The notes under the pieces were generated by a model. That model was not told the DNA's origin. It did not search any database and saw only the letters and a program-made list of their open reading frames with translations. The position numbers and the translations under genes are program-made. Shown one piece after another: positions 12,205-24,582 of a stretch of DNA of 56,517 nucleotides (position 1 is its first letter; every line of letters begins with the position of its first letter). Source of the stretch: Spongospora subterranea f. sp. subterranea (Eukaryota); NCBI GenBank assembly GCA_049724395.1, contig JAUGWO010000047.1, positions 1 to 56,517 of the forward strand, in the 5' to 3' direction.

Positions 12205-14325
12205 TTAAGCTCTAGTGGACCATTCATTAGGCGCGCTGCCAAACGGACTTCCGGCGGAAGTCATTGTGATCGTGGACTCCAATCTTTTCTCGTAGAAATT
12301 GAAATCGGGCACCTCCAAGTCCATTTGTAAATTGTCTGCAGTCATGTCTGGTGTCGGGCAAAACTTGAGCTCGATCTGCTTATTACACGAGATCACGTAT
12401 TCAATGGTACTTAATCTCAATATGTTTTGCCCGCTTAAAACTAGCTGTTCGCCGAGCGACCGCGATACAAATTGGTTGTCCTCGAAGATGATCATGGGCT
12501 TAAAGCTTCTTCTCCGAGCAACCCATTCCAGCAGATCGTTAAACGTCATGGCTTCTGTCATTACTTGTGATACGGCTATATCTTCGCCTTCCGTTGTCGA
12601 ACGGGCAACGCAGCACTGCTTTCTTAGATAGTAGGGAACTGGTCCTCCATTACATAAAATGATACCACCAGAAGTAGATTTGCGATCATTAAGACGCCAG
12701 CAAAATCAGCATCCGCGTAAATCTTCACTTGAGAGCTGCCTGCTTCTTTCTGAAAACAAACTCCACAATCCAATGTTCCTTTTGAAAACGCATGATTCTT
12801 TTCACCAGCTTTACATGGCCTAGCTTGAAATTGGATACAGCTCTGGCCGCAATTTTCAATGATATCAGGCCATGTCCGATACATCATGTGACCAACGCAC
12901 TGACGGTAAGGGAATTTTGCTTCTTGGTCTTCCGAGTCCGAGATCACGCCAGATGAGGTTTTGACCGGTTTACAATCCTTCATGTGGAAGCTCTCCAAGA
13001 TCTTATCGGCCTTTGTCTTTTGCGAAAGAGTGATTCGACGTTCAGCACGATTTGTTGTGATCAACATCCCCAACAAAAGTTTAGCTGCTCCCAGACCTTT
13101 GAGAGGAAATATGGACCCTATATCTTTCTTGAACTCGTCATACAATTCAAAATGTGTACAAGCACATAAGATGTCGAGTAGGATAGCGCCCATCATGTAT
13201 TCCCCTGGCAAGCATTGTTTTGAGAACACACAATTATCCATTGAGGCCACCTGATAGCCACATTGAAGCAGAATTTCCAGCAAATGCTTGTGCAGCTCAT
13301 TGCTCCATATAGATTTCTTCTTTGACTACTTGATGCTGAATGCCGACACGATGTCCATTTGGAAGATCTCTAGATTTTTGGCGGCAGCAATCTATATGAT
13401 GGCTCTAACTGCCGTTGTCGACGCAACTGGGCTGAAAGTCTTACGAAATAGTCTCAGTGAAGCCTCAGGCCACGAACCTGGCTTTTTATTTGACCACCTT
13501 ATGGTTCTCGTCCCGTTTGCGTTTGAAACCCAGCGACTATCCACCACCCTCCGGTTGGTAGGTCTCTGAACGACCGACCACATGTCATTCTTCTGCAGGG
13601 CTGATGACCTTGATCCATGGCCTCCTGCCAAAAATTTGGCCTCATCTGATTTAAGAGCCTCGACGCGGTTGCCAGGCTCGTCATCGGTACAGGCCAAGGA
13701 GAACATGGTTTGTTCATCGATAAATCGGGCTGGCTCTGACCGAACGCTTCTTGATGACCCAGGAGGATCTACAGATTTTGACTTGTCTTTAAAATCCGTT
13801 GACTTTCTTCGTCTTCATCTCCGCGTCGCCGCATCGTCTCCTCCATAAACTTGACGTCACGGCTAACACAACCTTGTGAGAGGACTCGTCCATGATTCTG
13901 TAGCCTTTCTTTTCAGTTGAGTATTCGATAATTACCCGTGCTGATCCAATTTACCGGCACCATCGATCTTGTACCAGGCCTTGCAGCCAAAAACGCGAAG
14001 ATGCTTAATACTGGGCTTACGCTGATACCATAATAATTCATACTGGGTCGCTGCCGTCACCAGAGCAGATGATATACAGCGGTGCGAATGTGTACCGCTG
14101 TCTGGACAGCTTCCGCCCAGTAAGCCTTTGACAAACCGGAGCCAATATCATTGTTCGTGTCATCTTAATAATGGTACGGTTCAGCCTTTCCGAGCCTTTA
14201 TTTTGCTGAAGTCGCCTAGACACAGTCAGCTCGCGCTTGACGTCATTCTTTTTCAAAAAACTATTGAAGGCACATGACGTATATTCTCCTCCATTATCGG
14301 AACGAAAGCGCCGAATAGGTCTTCC
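12205..14325 (-). mobile_element. Degenerate Ty1/Copia pol (INT-RT-RH)
   Basis: RRFRSDNGGEYT, QQNKGSERLNRTI, VVDSRWV, TFSPVA, LLGMLI, YADADFAG, FCPTPDMTAD, in the Copia order (integrase before RT). Confidence 0.9.
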
Positions 14326-14329
14326 AAGC

Positions 14330-15115
14330 AGGATCTCCACTGGAAACCCGATGCAAACGAGAATTCTTCGGAAGGTCAACTCATAGGCGACAGGGTTAAT
14401 AGTCCTAACAATGGAAAAACGGATATTTTTTCGGCAAGCTTATCACATGGCCGTTTCGATGGAAGAGATTCTGGAATCAGCCACACCTTATAAGGACGGT
14501 ATATTTCGGATGTGGGCGACGCTTAAAATCTGGGAAGCGTTTCATCGTATCAACCAATTTATGCAGAGTCATCTGGAGTTGCTTCTGTATTATGGAAATG
14601 AGAGATCATGTCGACCATAGCAGGATTGGGGAATACACCAGGGCTTGGTACATAAAAATCATGTCGACGTGGAACCCATAATTCGCAAAAATAGGACCCG
14701 ACGAAGTACGAAAAGAGTTTATAGGCGAATTCAGCCATTGGCAGAAAATCCACCAAATCGTTTTTGACGATAATTAATGAAACAGCGTAGCTAAGATTTT
14801 AGAACCTGGTTGACTCGTTCGGTTTGTCCATCCGATTCCGGGTGGAGCAAAGACGAAAGGTTCGGATCAATCTGCAATAACTTAGGTGGTGTTCCAGAAT
14901 TGAGACACAAATTGAGGGCCGCGATCGGAAACAATATCTCCAGGTAGACCATGAATTCAAATACATGAGCAAACACCAGCTTCGATAATTAAACAGAGGT
15001 AATCGATTCATGGCAAGGACTAAAATGAGCCATTTTTGTACGGCGGTTCATCATTACTAAAATGCTGTTAAACCTAGGGGAACAGGAAGTTTGATTACTC
15101 CTATAAAATCCATAG
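14330..15115 (-). mobile_element. Gypsy integrase 3' part (continuation of 18798-21330)
   Basis: HPESDGQTERVNQ, FLPMAEFAY, INPVAYEL; joins the 18798+ segment exactly through the duplicated ATAG. Confidence 0.85.
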
Positions 15116-15132
15116 CCCTGATGAAACTCCGT

Positions 15133-15370
15133 ATGATCTATAATATAGATCATTGGACGGAAACACCTCTCACATACTCAATTTTGCAATTACGCAGCCC
15201 ATATAAGAAAATAAGTTCAAGAATGGAATAATTCCTATATTTTGATGTTTTCAGAATAAATTCTTGGTCATTTTTCACTGCACAGTGAAGTATAGAAGTG
15301 AGTCGTTTTTGGAGCAAAATTCCACGGATTTTTATGAGGCAAAACCTGTATGATCTATATTATAGATCAT
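15133..15370. repeat. Two copies of the palindrome ATGATCTATA-W-TATAGATCAT (15133-15153, 15350-15370)
   Basis: Perfect 10-bp arms with a 1-bp spacer, read directly from the sequence. Confidence 0.95.
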
Positions 15371-15379
15371 AAGGACAAG

Positions 15380-18300
15380 TCATCGGTGGCGTAATCGCGT
15401 TGCTCGGACAGGAACGGATGGCGTTGGAACATTGTTCTGAACCTCAAGGTCTTCTGACTGGCCACTGGAGGCCTTGAACCCGATTCGACCCTGTCGCTGG
15501 ACGGTGACCCCGTTCGAAGGAAGAGAAACTGTTGGAGATGGTGCGCGTTGCATCGGCGACTCTAGGCGCCTATTCTCGTGGAATTTTGCCCAACATGTTC
15601 GTCTCGTGCCCATCTTTAGTTGAACGCAAAGCGGAACAGTGCATGTCTTGCACGACGCAGTTGTGTTAGCAGAGCAGACCAAGCACCTCAATTGCGAAGG
15701 CAGAGAAATTCTGTCATGTGGAAGATATTGAAGGCGCAGATTGACGCCGTCCGCATTGTTGTTAAACCAAGCCATCCTGTTTCGCTTAGGAATGCGGGGG
15801 CGTTCCACAAGCGATGCGTTGGGCACAGGGCGACCACCACTGGAACAGTTTTCTCTGGCCAGATCCTCTAAAGCGTTTACGAATTTTACAGATGGCGTCC
15901 AATCTTTAACAAACGCGTTTAAAGTCCTGAAAAACGAACCCTTCTCGTTTAAAGAGCCCTTGAGCTCTTTGTATGAAGAGAACGAAGCAATATTGCTCTC
16001 GATCTGGAGCAGCCGATAGAGGTAATGCGCATTCAGTTGAGCTGTAAAAATAAATCTGATCGCAATAAAGGCCAATGGCGAGAGGGATCGGAAGTCGACC
16101 TTCATGTTTTTCAACACGCGGCTATTGACGTCTTGACCTCCTTTTCCTGCAATGTTCCAGATATCCACAGGTACCGGGACCAAGTCATGAGCAGGTGGCA
16201 GTACATTCGTCGAAGATTGCAGCGCCAGTATGGCTTTTGATAGTTCTCGCCATTGTGTAAAGGTATGCAGATCGACAGCATGACCGTATTGGTCTGGTGT
16301 GAGGGTGACGTTGCCCGTTGCAAAAGGCGCGACGTGTTGCTGACACCATCGCGTCAACATGGACCGATAAGTAACGAGCGTTTCCTCCGAGAATTCCACA
16401 AATGTCACGCTGATGATATTTCCCATGTCGGCAACTATATGTGCAAGGTGGCAACAATTTGTGACAGCGGCATGATGAAGAGCCTGCGCGCGATACGAAG
16501 TAGTCCAAATTAAAACCTTGAACAAATCGGATCCAAACGTTGTCACAAAAACTGACTGGTTAGTAAGCCCAGTCGCCGCTGCTGTAACTCGTCGCTCTTC
16601 CGCTTCGCGAATCGTGGCCGGCGAGCACATGGTCTTGATCTCCAGGACACACGCCACATCAACTTTACCCTCACCACGATGAATAACCGCTGCGCCATCG
16701 ATCGAAGTTCCAATAAAAGACTGTTCTGCATGGCCGTCCGGGGTTGGGTTGCGAAACCTTAAAAGCCCTCGTTCTACAATAGGTTCAACGATTTGGAAGA
16801 CACCTTCTCCAGCGCGATTCCTCAAGAAAACAGGCAGAGCCTGTAACACGAAGGATTCGTTGACGGATCCCATTTTGAGATACGTGTTATGAATCGGCTT
16901 CATAAACCACTTCTTCATCAACTCACGCCTAACATTGTTCTCAATGTTCGGAGGTGTCGTCCGCAACCGATCGATTAACATCTGCTTTGCACCCGTACTG
17001 GGAAGCCCCCTGGAAATGAGAAGATTTTTCAAATCTTTGTGTCGCATTTCTGCAAGAGTTCCGATTCGGTTGGCAACTCAAGGAACCTGTCCAAATTGGC
17101 TGCAATTCCCACATTGCTCAAAATATCGTCCTCTTGACTCGAAACAGTACAGGCTCTGCATGCCGATAGGAGAACGACAGACACAGTGCTGGTAACTACA
17201 GGAAGAGCGGCACGATGAACATGCCATTCGCACCCACCCTGCACAGCAGTGATCTGCTCAACGTTCGCGTCAATCTGCAACGCGATCAGAGACGGGGCGG
17301 GCTGTGCCACTCTGTAGGAGCCTGCACGCTTAGCCTTGTAAAACCACGTGCCGACGTGGTTACTTAATGTAGTAATCATCGTGCAGACGTGTCCTTTTCC
17401 AGATCGATACGCCAACGCGAAAAGCTCACGACCAGCGATATAGCGACGAGCAACGTAAAGGGCCTTGGCGCCAACTTCAGGAATGGCCATGCGAGATCCA
17501 GTTGCGGCAACCGTTCCAAACGTGAACGGAAACCACTTAACTCTGACGAACGTGCCGACGATCTCAAATCCACAGGAGAGTACCCATTCCACAAGCTCTG
17601 GGACGCCAGTATCCACGATCCATGGCAATCAAGTTTCCAAGGGACTTGACTTGTTCCACTAGATCCACCTGGTGCATCCACATCATCAAGATTTTGACAA
17701 CAGTGCTGTAGTTCTCGCCGCGTCCGATCAATCTCATGCCCAGCTGAAGGCCTGTGCAAATCGAAACAACGCCGGTTGAAACAGGGCCAAACGCCTTCTT
17801 GGGGTTGTTCAGTCTTGTCAATCCAAGCCGTTCGCACAAAAAAGATGCCAGGCGGTAATGGTCATCATCTACTGAGAGCCTGGTGGTCTTTTGTACATAT
17901 CCGATCTTGGACGTGAATTTCGTAAAATTTCGCTCCAAATCCCGGATTACCGTGTTTTCCGAGAAGGGAGAATCCCACCTATCTTGCTCAGCGTCGCCAG
18001 AATTATTTCGACGACCAGAGCGATTCAGCGCTGTCATCACCTTCTGGAACGGGGCCTTGTCCAATGTACCTGCCAATGGAAACAAGTTCCGATTGAACGG
18101 ATCCCAAAATTTCGTTGGCGTGGCCTTATATAACGACAGGGTCGCCAAAACTCTGATAAAGTGGGCCATGTCACTGCCCGATACCTTCGACCCCGAGTTG
18201 GTCATTCCAGCATCAGTCAGCTGAAACAACTGTGACAATATAGGCTCCAAGCACATGTTGAATACCTCACTAATGCCGACGCTACTGTTGGTCCCAATCT

Positions 18301-18553
18301 TCAAGTGCTCGCGAACCCGGGCACAGACGGTGCGAATTTCCGTTCGCGCTTCGCTGAGCAGAAGGCCGTCAGCTGGTTCCAACGAAATTTTGATTTTTGG
18401 CATTCGAGTGGGATTGAGAATCGACCACTCAGCAGATTCATTTTCATCATTAATGTCATCATCCAGGTCCTCTTCACCTTCCTCCTCGTCCTCAAATACC
18501 GCTAAGTGATCGGTTGCGTTGGCCTCAAGCAGCAGTTCCTGCAAGGTCGTCAT
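15380..18553 (-). CDS. piggyBac-type DDD transposase (~1,057 aa) with inserted SAP + YqaJ/lambda-exonuclease domain and C-terminal Cys-rich domain; two compensating frameshifts
   Basis: Acidic N-terminus; LSVDDD (D1 ~17868); MDRGY (D2 ~17619); IVGT; QGGCEWHVHR...TST; SAP HKDLKNLLISRGLPSTGAKQMLIDRL; GSVNE, GLL, GTSIDG, LEIKT, YRAQ; PVDIWN..GKGGQD (D3 ~16131); NAHYLY; RCLVC...CKTCTVPLC...CWAKFH. ORFs 17564-18553 and 15380-17047 share a frame and are bridged by 17029-17628. Confidence 0.85.
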
Positions 18554-18694
18554 TCCGAGTCAAACAAGAGTACGAGGGTTGGGTAAGCTCGGGTCGCGCA
18601 GTTTCTGGTTTTCTCAAGCACGGAAATCATTTTTACTGTGAGAAAAACTTTTTTTAACGCAGATATTCCGCCCTGAAAATCAGGTAAAAAAATT

Positions 18695-18784
18695 CCATAT
18701 GATCTATATTATAGATCATATGGCATTTCCTGGTGGGAGCCCAAAATAACCCAAAAAGTGCGTATGATCTATAATATAGATCAT
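18695..18784. repeat. Two copies of the same palindrome (18699-18719, extendable to 18695-18723; 18764-18784)
   Basis: CCATATGATCTATA-T-TATAGATCATATGG and ATGATCTATA-A-TATAGATCAT. Confidence 0.95.
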
Positions 18785-18797
18785 ATGGCCATCAGGG

Positions 18798-21330
18798 ATA
18801 GAAATCGATGACCATGGGTGAGAGGGGATGGGAAGCGGGAGTGATAGCCCCGAGGGTTTGCGGCGAAGAAGTTTCGGACGCGCACAGAAGTCCCAAGATT
18901 AAACAAAAGAGGTAAGCATTTTCGCAAGCATGGCCAGATAAAATTGCGAGCAATTAAATCGAAGGTTTTGTTAATGCCAAAATGTCCCGTCAATGGAGAT
19001 TCATGACAGGATGAAAGGATATCCAAACGCCTAGCTGCATCATCGACCAATTCAACCAAATTTTAGGGTTTTTAGGTAGCTCTTTATCGTAAAACTCATC
19101 ATTTAATTCCGCCTGCGAGAGTAAAACACCCCAGGATGTAATCAATCTGCGTGTTCTTTGGACACAATAGCACCGATTGCGTAATCGGACGCATCTGCTT
19201 CGACAATAATGTCCATGTCCGGATCAAAATGGCGAAAAATAGGCGCCGATACAAAAGCTGACTTTAAAGTCTGAAATGAAGCATCAGCACTAGCGGTCCA
19301 CTGATTGATGGCAGCTTTCTTCTTTGACGAAAAAAGTGGGTTGGTGAAGCGTGAACAATTTTGGGTAAATCCACGATAGAATTTCGTAAAACCCACAAAC
19401 GATTGAAGCCCTTTGACAAAATTCGAAATTGTTCAAGATAAATTGCTGAAATACGTTCTGGATCCATGTGTAAGCCACTAGAAGTCAAGCGGAACCCCAA
19501 AAACTCAACCTCGAAGAAATGGAATACAGATTTGCTCAGGTTGGCGAAGAGGTTGTGCTTTCGAAGAATTTGCAGAACAGTGTGAACGTGGTCAACATGT
19601 TCAACAGCGTCCGGAGGAGAAAGTAAAATTTTCGTTCAAATACACAACAACGAATCGATTAATGCAGTCTTGTAGAATGTCGTTCAAAAATCGTTGAAAA
19701 CAAGCGACTACATTGGCCAAGCCAAAAAGCAACACCACATATAAAAACAAACCGAATTTTGTCCTGAATGCGGTTCTCCGCTCACCGCCTGCCCCGATGC
19801 GAACGAGTTTGTATGCGCTTCGAAATTCGATTTTAAAAACACTCGTCCGGACATGACGCTAGACAAAATGGAACTGATAAGCGGAAGAGGGTAGCGATTC
19901 TTGATTGTGATGGAGTTTATTCGTGGATAATCAACACATTCGTGGATAATCAGCACACAGCCGGAGAGATTTGTGCTTTTGCAACAAACATGACCGGGAA
20001 ACTGCATGATGATGAAGAAGGTCGAATGAATTCCTTACGCAAATGATGATCAATGTATTCGAGAAGAGCGGTGGATTCATGACTCGACAATTGGTAGAGG
20101 GGGGCCGAAGGTGGATTGGAGCCAGGTTGGGGATCAATAGGACAGTCGTAGTTGCGATGCGGCGGTAGGCAAACGGCTTTTTGTACGTCAAAAACATCGG
20201 CGAATTGAGAATACTCCTCAGGAAGGACCTCCACGGTGGAAATCTCGGATTCAGATGAAGCCACCACAGAAAGAGCAAACTGTATTGCCTCAACGATGGG
20301 ATCGGTTCGCGTCGATAGAGAGTGCATTACGCAAAGAAGCGGAGAGTGCGGATCGCCAATCGATAACTGGGTAAGCTGAAACAACCATGAATATCCCAAC
20401 AGAGGAGAGAAAGATAAATTGTCAGCTATGAAAAGGGATGCTCTGTTTGAAAACCCATCGACCCGTAAATTCATGAGTTCCGATTTTTTTCCAAGAGTAA
20501 CTTGATGACGATTGAAACTGAATACAGTGAGCGGCGTCCTAGTTGTCTTGATAGGATATGATGCTTGGCGGCGAAGAGAGCGTCCATTAATGCACAAGCC
20601 CCACTATCCAGTAGAACAATTGAGGTGGATATGAAAGACCTTTGTGGGGAATAAACCGAACCGTTGAAAATGCATGAAGACGCTGTATCAACGTGGTTGG
20701 AATTTAGGGTTTGGTGTATTTGTCTTTTTAAAGCCAAACACTGATCGGGCGGATGTGGGTCTTTACAGATAAACATAATTTGAGCTGTCGCCGGCGCTCC
20801 TTCTCCGTATCGTGCCGCCCCAGCCAAACTCCCCACCTGACAATGTCATGGTCGAGCGTCGTCCGAAGACCTCGCGGGCCAGGGGGTGACAGCTGAAAGT
20901 GGTGGGGGCGCTCCTTTGGGCATCGAATGGGCTATTGCGTCAGCTGTGCGGAAAGCGGCCATTTTTTTTAGTGAAACGATGTGGTCGTTGTGACGAGCTG
21001 AACCAACGACGAAAACGGATTTTTCATTCCTTCAGCCAAAATAAGCATACGCTGCAAATCCAGTGTTAAGCCTTGACGAAACTAAAGCATCAACGACACT
21101 GTGTCCAATCCACGGCCTGTGCAAGCAGGCGGAATTCGTTCCAGTAGCGTCCCAGATGGTCTCCCAATATCAACCGAGGCAAGGAATCGGCCGCTTTGAT
21201 GGAACGATCCGGATAAAAAAAAGCGATGGTGAACACCGTTAGGAAAACCGGGAGATCGTGCAATGTTGAGCACGAAGAAACGCTGTCACGAATCAGTCTT
21301 ATCGATGTCAACTTAACGTTGTACCATACA
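18798..21330 (-). mobile_element. Degenerate Ty3/Gypsy 5' part (gag-PR-RT-RH-INT zinc finger)
   Basis: YWNEFRLLAQAVDW gag, LLDSGA protease, PPHRNYDCPID, KNRYPLPLI, VEADASDYAIG, GHFGINKTF; same family as 7389-10140. Confidence 0.9.
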
Positions 21331-21907
21331 GTTTATTAAACTGGTGTCTTGTCTCGCCGCGGGGAGAAAAAACACCACCGTTTATTAAATATCATGCAGG
21401 TACGGTTCAATGTACGGTTCCTGATATGGATCAGCGAAAAATCGCTGATATAGAGGTCCAGGCCATGGTCTGTGCAGGTCTTTCCCATTGTCTACAGGAG
21501 TTGGTTTTGGATAAAGATCTGTCCATTGTAAACGTATAGGTCCCTGATTTTTATAAGGAGAATGGTTCTGTTTTCAGAGTCGAGTGATCGAAGCATCGAA
21601 ATCCTCTGTCATGACCCAGCAGGGATTCACCAGTGTGACCGGAAGGTAATGAGCCTGTATTGTACGTGACCATGTCCAATTTGAATAACGATTTTGATTT
21701 GACAGAACTGGAGCTTTATAATGGGGTCAATTTCCTCCGCAACAAACGAAACGGGACCGAGAATTATCAAAAAATCTTGTGGATCGATTTTGCGTTGCGG
21801 CCAATTCCTTATGTCGATGCAGAAGATACGTGTACGCTCTTAGTCCGATCATCATCAATCTATTTTGCAACAGAACCTTTTGATCGTCGCCAGTCTACAT
21901 CTCATCA

Positions 21908-22759
21908 ATGGCGAGCCCGATATTGAATGAGCTAATAGCAATTGTAGTCTTCATCTGTTTCGGTTTGGCCCTCTTCATCTACGTACTTTGTCAACAGAAA
22001 AAGCTCACTCATTACTGGATTATGCTTCACGGTCTGGCGGTGATTACCAATTTGGTGGCACTTGTGTGCACGATTGCAAATATGTTCGTCCTGGGCCGTA
22101 CTGAGAGTGAATGCCTTCTTCTTCATCGAATCGGGGGCACAGCATTTGCTGCTGTTCAGGGGATGATGCGGATATACTTTTCAGGGCGAGTCACTATGCT
22201 GAACAAGATGGAGTCGAGAATCAGCCAAGGAATCGACTATTTCGTCTTGTTTCTCTCCTGCCTCACGGTGCCGGTCGGCGCCATCTACCTGAACTTAGTG
22301 ATGACCACTATTGTAATCCCCTTCATCGAGCTTTGCGTGTATCTTCCTAGCGACCAACTGCAATATTTAACAACTGTATCCCGGTTAATTATCGACATTA
22401 GCATCAACGTCCGTTTTTTCAAGTATGTTATGACCCGGCATAGCGCTGCCCCCAGCGTCAAAACCACCACTACCGCAGGTTTTCGTGACACCAAACCCAA
22501 AGCGACTTCTTCGCAGAACACTTCTGGTCACAACCGATTGATCAACATCACAATTGGATTTTTTCTAATCCAGACAATGTTCGAAGTATTTACCACATTG
22601 ATGGTGAAAGGATTGACGCCGATAACTGTCGACCGATATGTGCCTGTGTATACATATGAAATGGCTTGCAATGCTGCGTCGACCGTTTGGCCCATGATTT
22701 TGGTGCATTTCTTGAAGAAAACGTCAACGTTCAGCACTTTGCGTTCCAATCGCACGTAA
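21908..22759 (+). CDS. 7TM GPCR-like receptor, copy 1 (283 aa, intronless)
   Basis: Seven hydrophobic segments; Cys at the top of TM3 (TESEC) and in ECL2 (IELCVY); polar Thr/Lys-rich ICL3; basic C-tail. Confidence 0.8.
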   Translation: MASPILNELIAIVVFICFGLALFIYVLCQQKKLTHYWIMLHGLAVITNLVALVCTIANMFVLGRTESECLLLHRIGGTAFAAVQGMMRIYFSGRVTMLNKMESRISQGIDYFVLFLSCLTVPVGAIYLNLVMTTIVIPFIELCVYLPSDQLQYLTTVSRLIIDISINVRFFKYVMTRHSAAPSVKTTTTAGFRDTKPKATSSQNTSGHNRLINITIGFFLIQTMFEVFTTLMVKGLTPITVDRYVPVYTYEMACNAASTVWPMILVHFLKKTSTFSTLRSNRT

Positions 22760-23829
22760 TGGATAAACTCAAATCGTTTCCTGCTCTGAGTTTTGTCATG
22801 AAATTGTGGGAAAATCGAAAAATTGTTGTTACAACGGAAGTTCATCAAGTTCTGAACCTGGTAGCACTATTCGGGTTCATCACGATTGTTGGTTCTTCCA
22901 CAAAACGAATGGGATGTTTGCCGATTCGGCATCAAAACGGCATTTTGTAAAGTAATAGGCAACGTCAATGACCACAGCAGTAGTATCGGACACAATATAT
23001 GTAAAGAAATATCGAGAGGGAATTGTAACCTAATACGCAACGTAAATGGCCACAGCAATACTATCGGATACTGATTACACTCTCTGAACTGACTACTCTG
23101 AGATGATCGAGACGGCATTATAACCTACCCCGCACCGTCAATGGCCACCTTATCGGATATGGAATATGTAACCAGATGATCGAGAGCCATTGTAGCCTCA
23201 TACTCATTAACACTATATTTGATTGCTTCTACGGTGTCAATTCATAGTTCCTGTAATGTTTACATAGTCACGTCGCATCATGAAAAGAAATCTGAATGCT
23301 GATCGCCACTGATCTTTTGATTCTTGTTTTGGAAATGATGTTCCTCCTTGTGCGATGATTCAACGCTTTTGCTGTTGCAGAGGTTTTCTTGTGCTGGTGC
23401 CTATAAAGGGTGTTGGTTTCGTAAAGAACCTCCAATAGAATTTAATAAGATTTCCATTCATAAAAAAATGGAGAAACAGTATTGGTCTGATCCGTTGCGT
23501 AGAAGTCATTGGGCAACAACCTCATAAGTTGTGATGCTGGCCGATCAGAAACAGTCAGATTTACACGACCTTTGGTTAAACTGAGATAAACTGGAGTGAT
23601 TAGGCAACCTAACATTGCTTTGGGCAAAATTGAGATACGACGATGTTTTCCCTGATAGATATAAGTGAAGTTGCATCACTGGTTTGTATACTATAGCTAA
23701 TGGACAAGAACTCATGTGTCAGCAGATCCAAGCTTCCTATCGTTGGGATCGAAGAATCGGGTCTCCAACATTCAAAGGATGTCTGCCGCGGCTTCAGTGA
23801 AGGCAGCCCACAATTTCCTCTCTATACTG

Positions 23830-24312
23830 TCCCGACCCGACCGGATCTGTTGATTGCAAACGGGGACGACGCAACCAGAGACCTGTGCAATGTTATGAAC
23901 CGTTTGTGCAATAGGATTGATAAAAATTGTGATATCGGACACAACCGGAGAATTCTCTCCAGACCGAAAGCGACTATCTAGAGCAGATGGCCAACAGAAG
24001 ACCTCGAGGAATTGTAGAGCTCGCTCTGGCTCTTCATCTAATCAAAAGATAACAGCAGATCCAGATTCTTGACACTGAATTTAGATGCCAGGAACAGCGT
24101 AATGGTTGGATCGCATCCCGCTATTTCAACTTGGCGCTGGGACCAGCGAAGTAGCAGATCCAATGTCAGAAGGACGCTGTTTGTAGATTAATCCACAGTG
24201 TCGGCGACGTTAAAGGAATGTCGACCTGCACGCATCGTGAAGGAATCAGATATGAGGCAAAACATCAATCGAGCACAAGGGAAAGCAAAACGCCATTGTA
24301 AAATTTTGTAAA
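23830..24312 (+). pseudogene. Decayed LRR-like fragment; repeated at ~32970-33400 and ~39290-39720 (partial at ~31305)
   Basis: Nucleotide similarity among the copies; the best-preserved copy reads LRGLSRLKVISLIGSPIIDLQELL. Confidence 0.5.
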
Positions 24313-24318
24313 GTTAGG

Positions 24319-24582
24319 TGTTGCCGTACACTGCATACATATGATTAGACATCAGAAGATCTTGAGGATCAACATGAGGACGAGGTTTATTTGAGGGCTG
24401 TTAACTTATTTGAACAAGGTGTAAGGAGCTACTGCTATTAAGGTGGAACGAACTGCAGGACCCTTTACGTGCCGTCGAGTCGTAAGCTATGTGGGGTGTT
24501 CTCCGTTCAATCAACCTCACTTCCTTTTGTTCTCCAATCTCTCACCCGATTTATCATCGTCGAAAGTTCCAATCCTTCATCA
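24319..24582 (+). mobile_element. Copia LTR followed by PBS-like GGTTATAGACCCAG
   Basis: TGTTG...CATCA boundaries; the next 14 nt resemble the Copia GGTTATGGGCCCAG primer site; related sequence at 33436-33857. Confidence 0.7.

Larger units (their letters stand above)
15116..18797 (-). mobile_element. Full-length piggyBac-like DNA transposon (3,682 bp) with 4-bp ATAG TSD
   Basis: Ends are CCCTGATG (15116) and CATCAGGG (18797), flanked by ATAG at 15112-15115 and 18798-18801. Removing the element and one ATAG restores Gypsy PWSSISMDFI. Two subterminal palindromes at each end. Confidence 0.93.

Noticed and set aside
17564..18553. Separate two- or three-gene organisation of the piggyBac-like element
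   Set aside because: D1/D2 and D3 of one catalytic triad lie in different ORFs and the outer ORFs share a frame, so one frameshifted gene is simpler.
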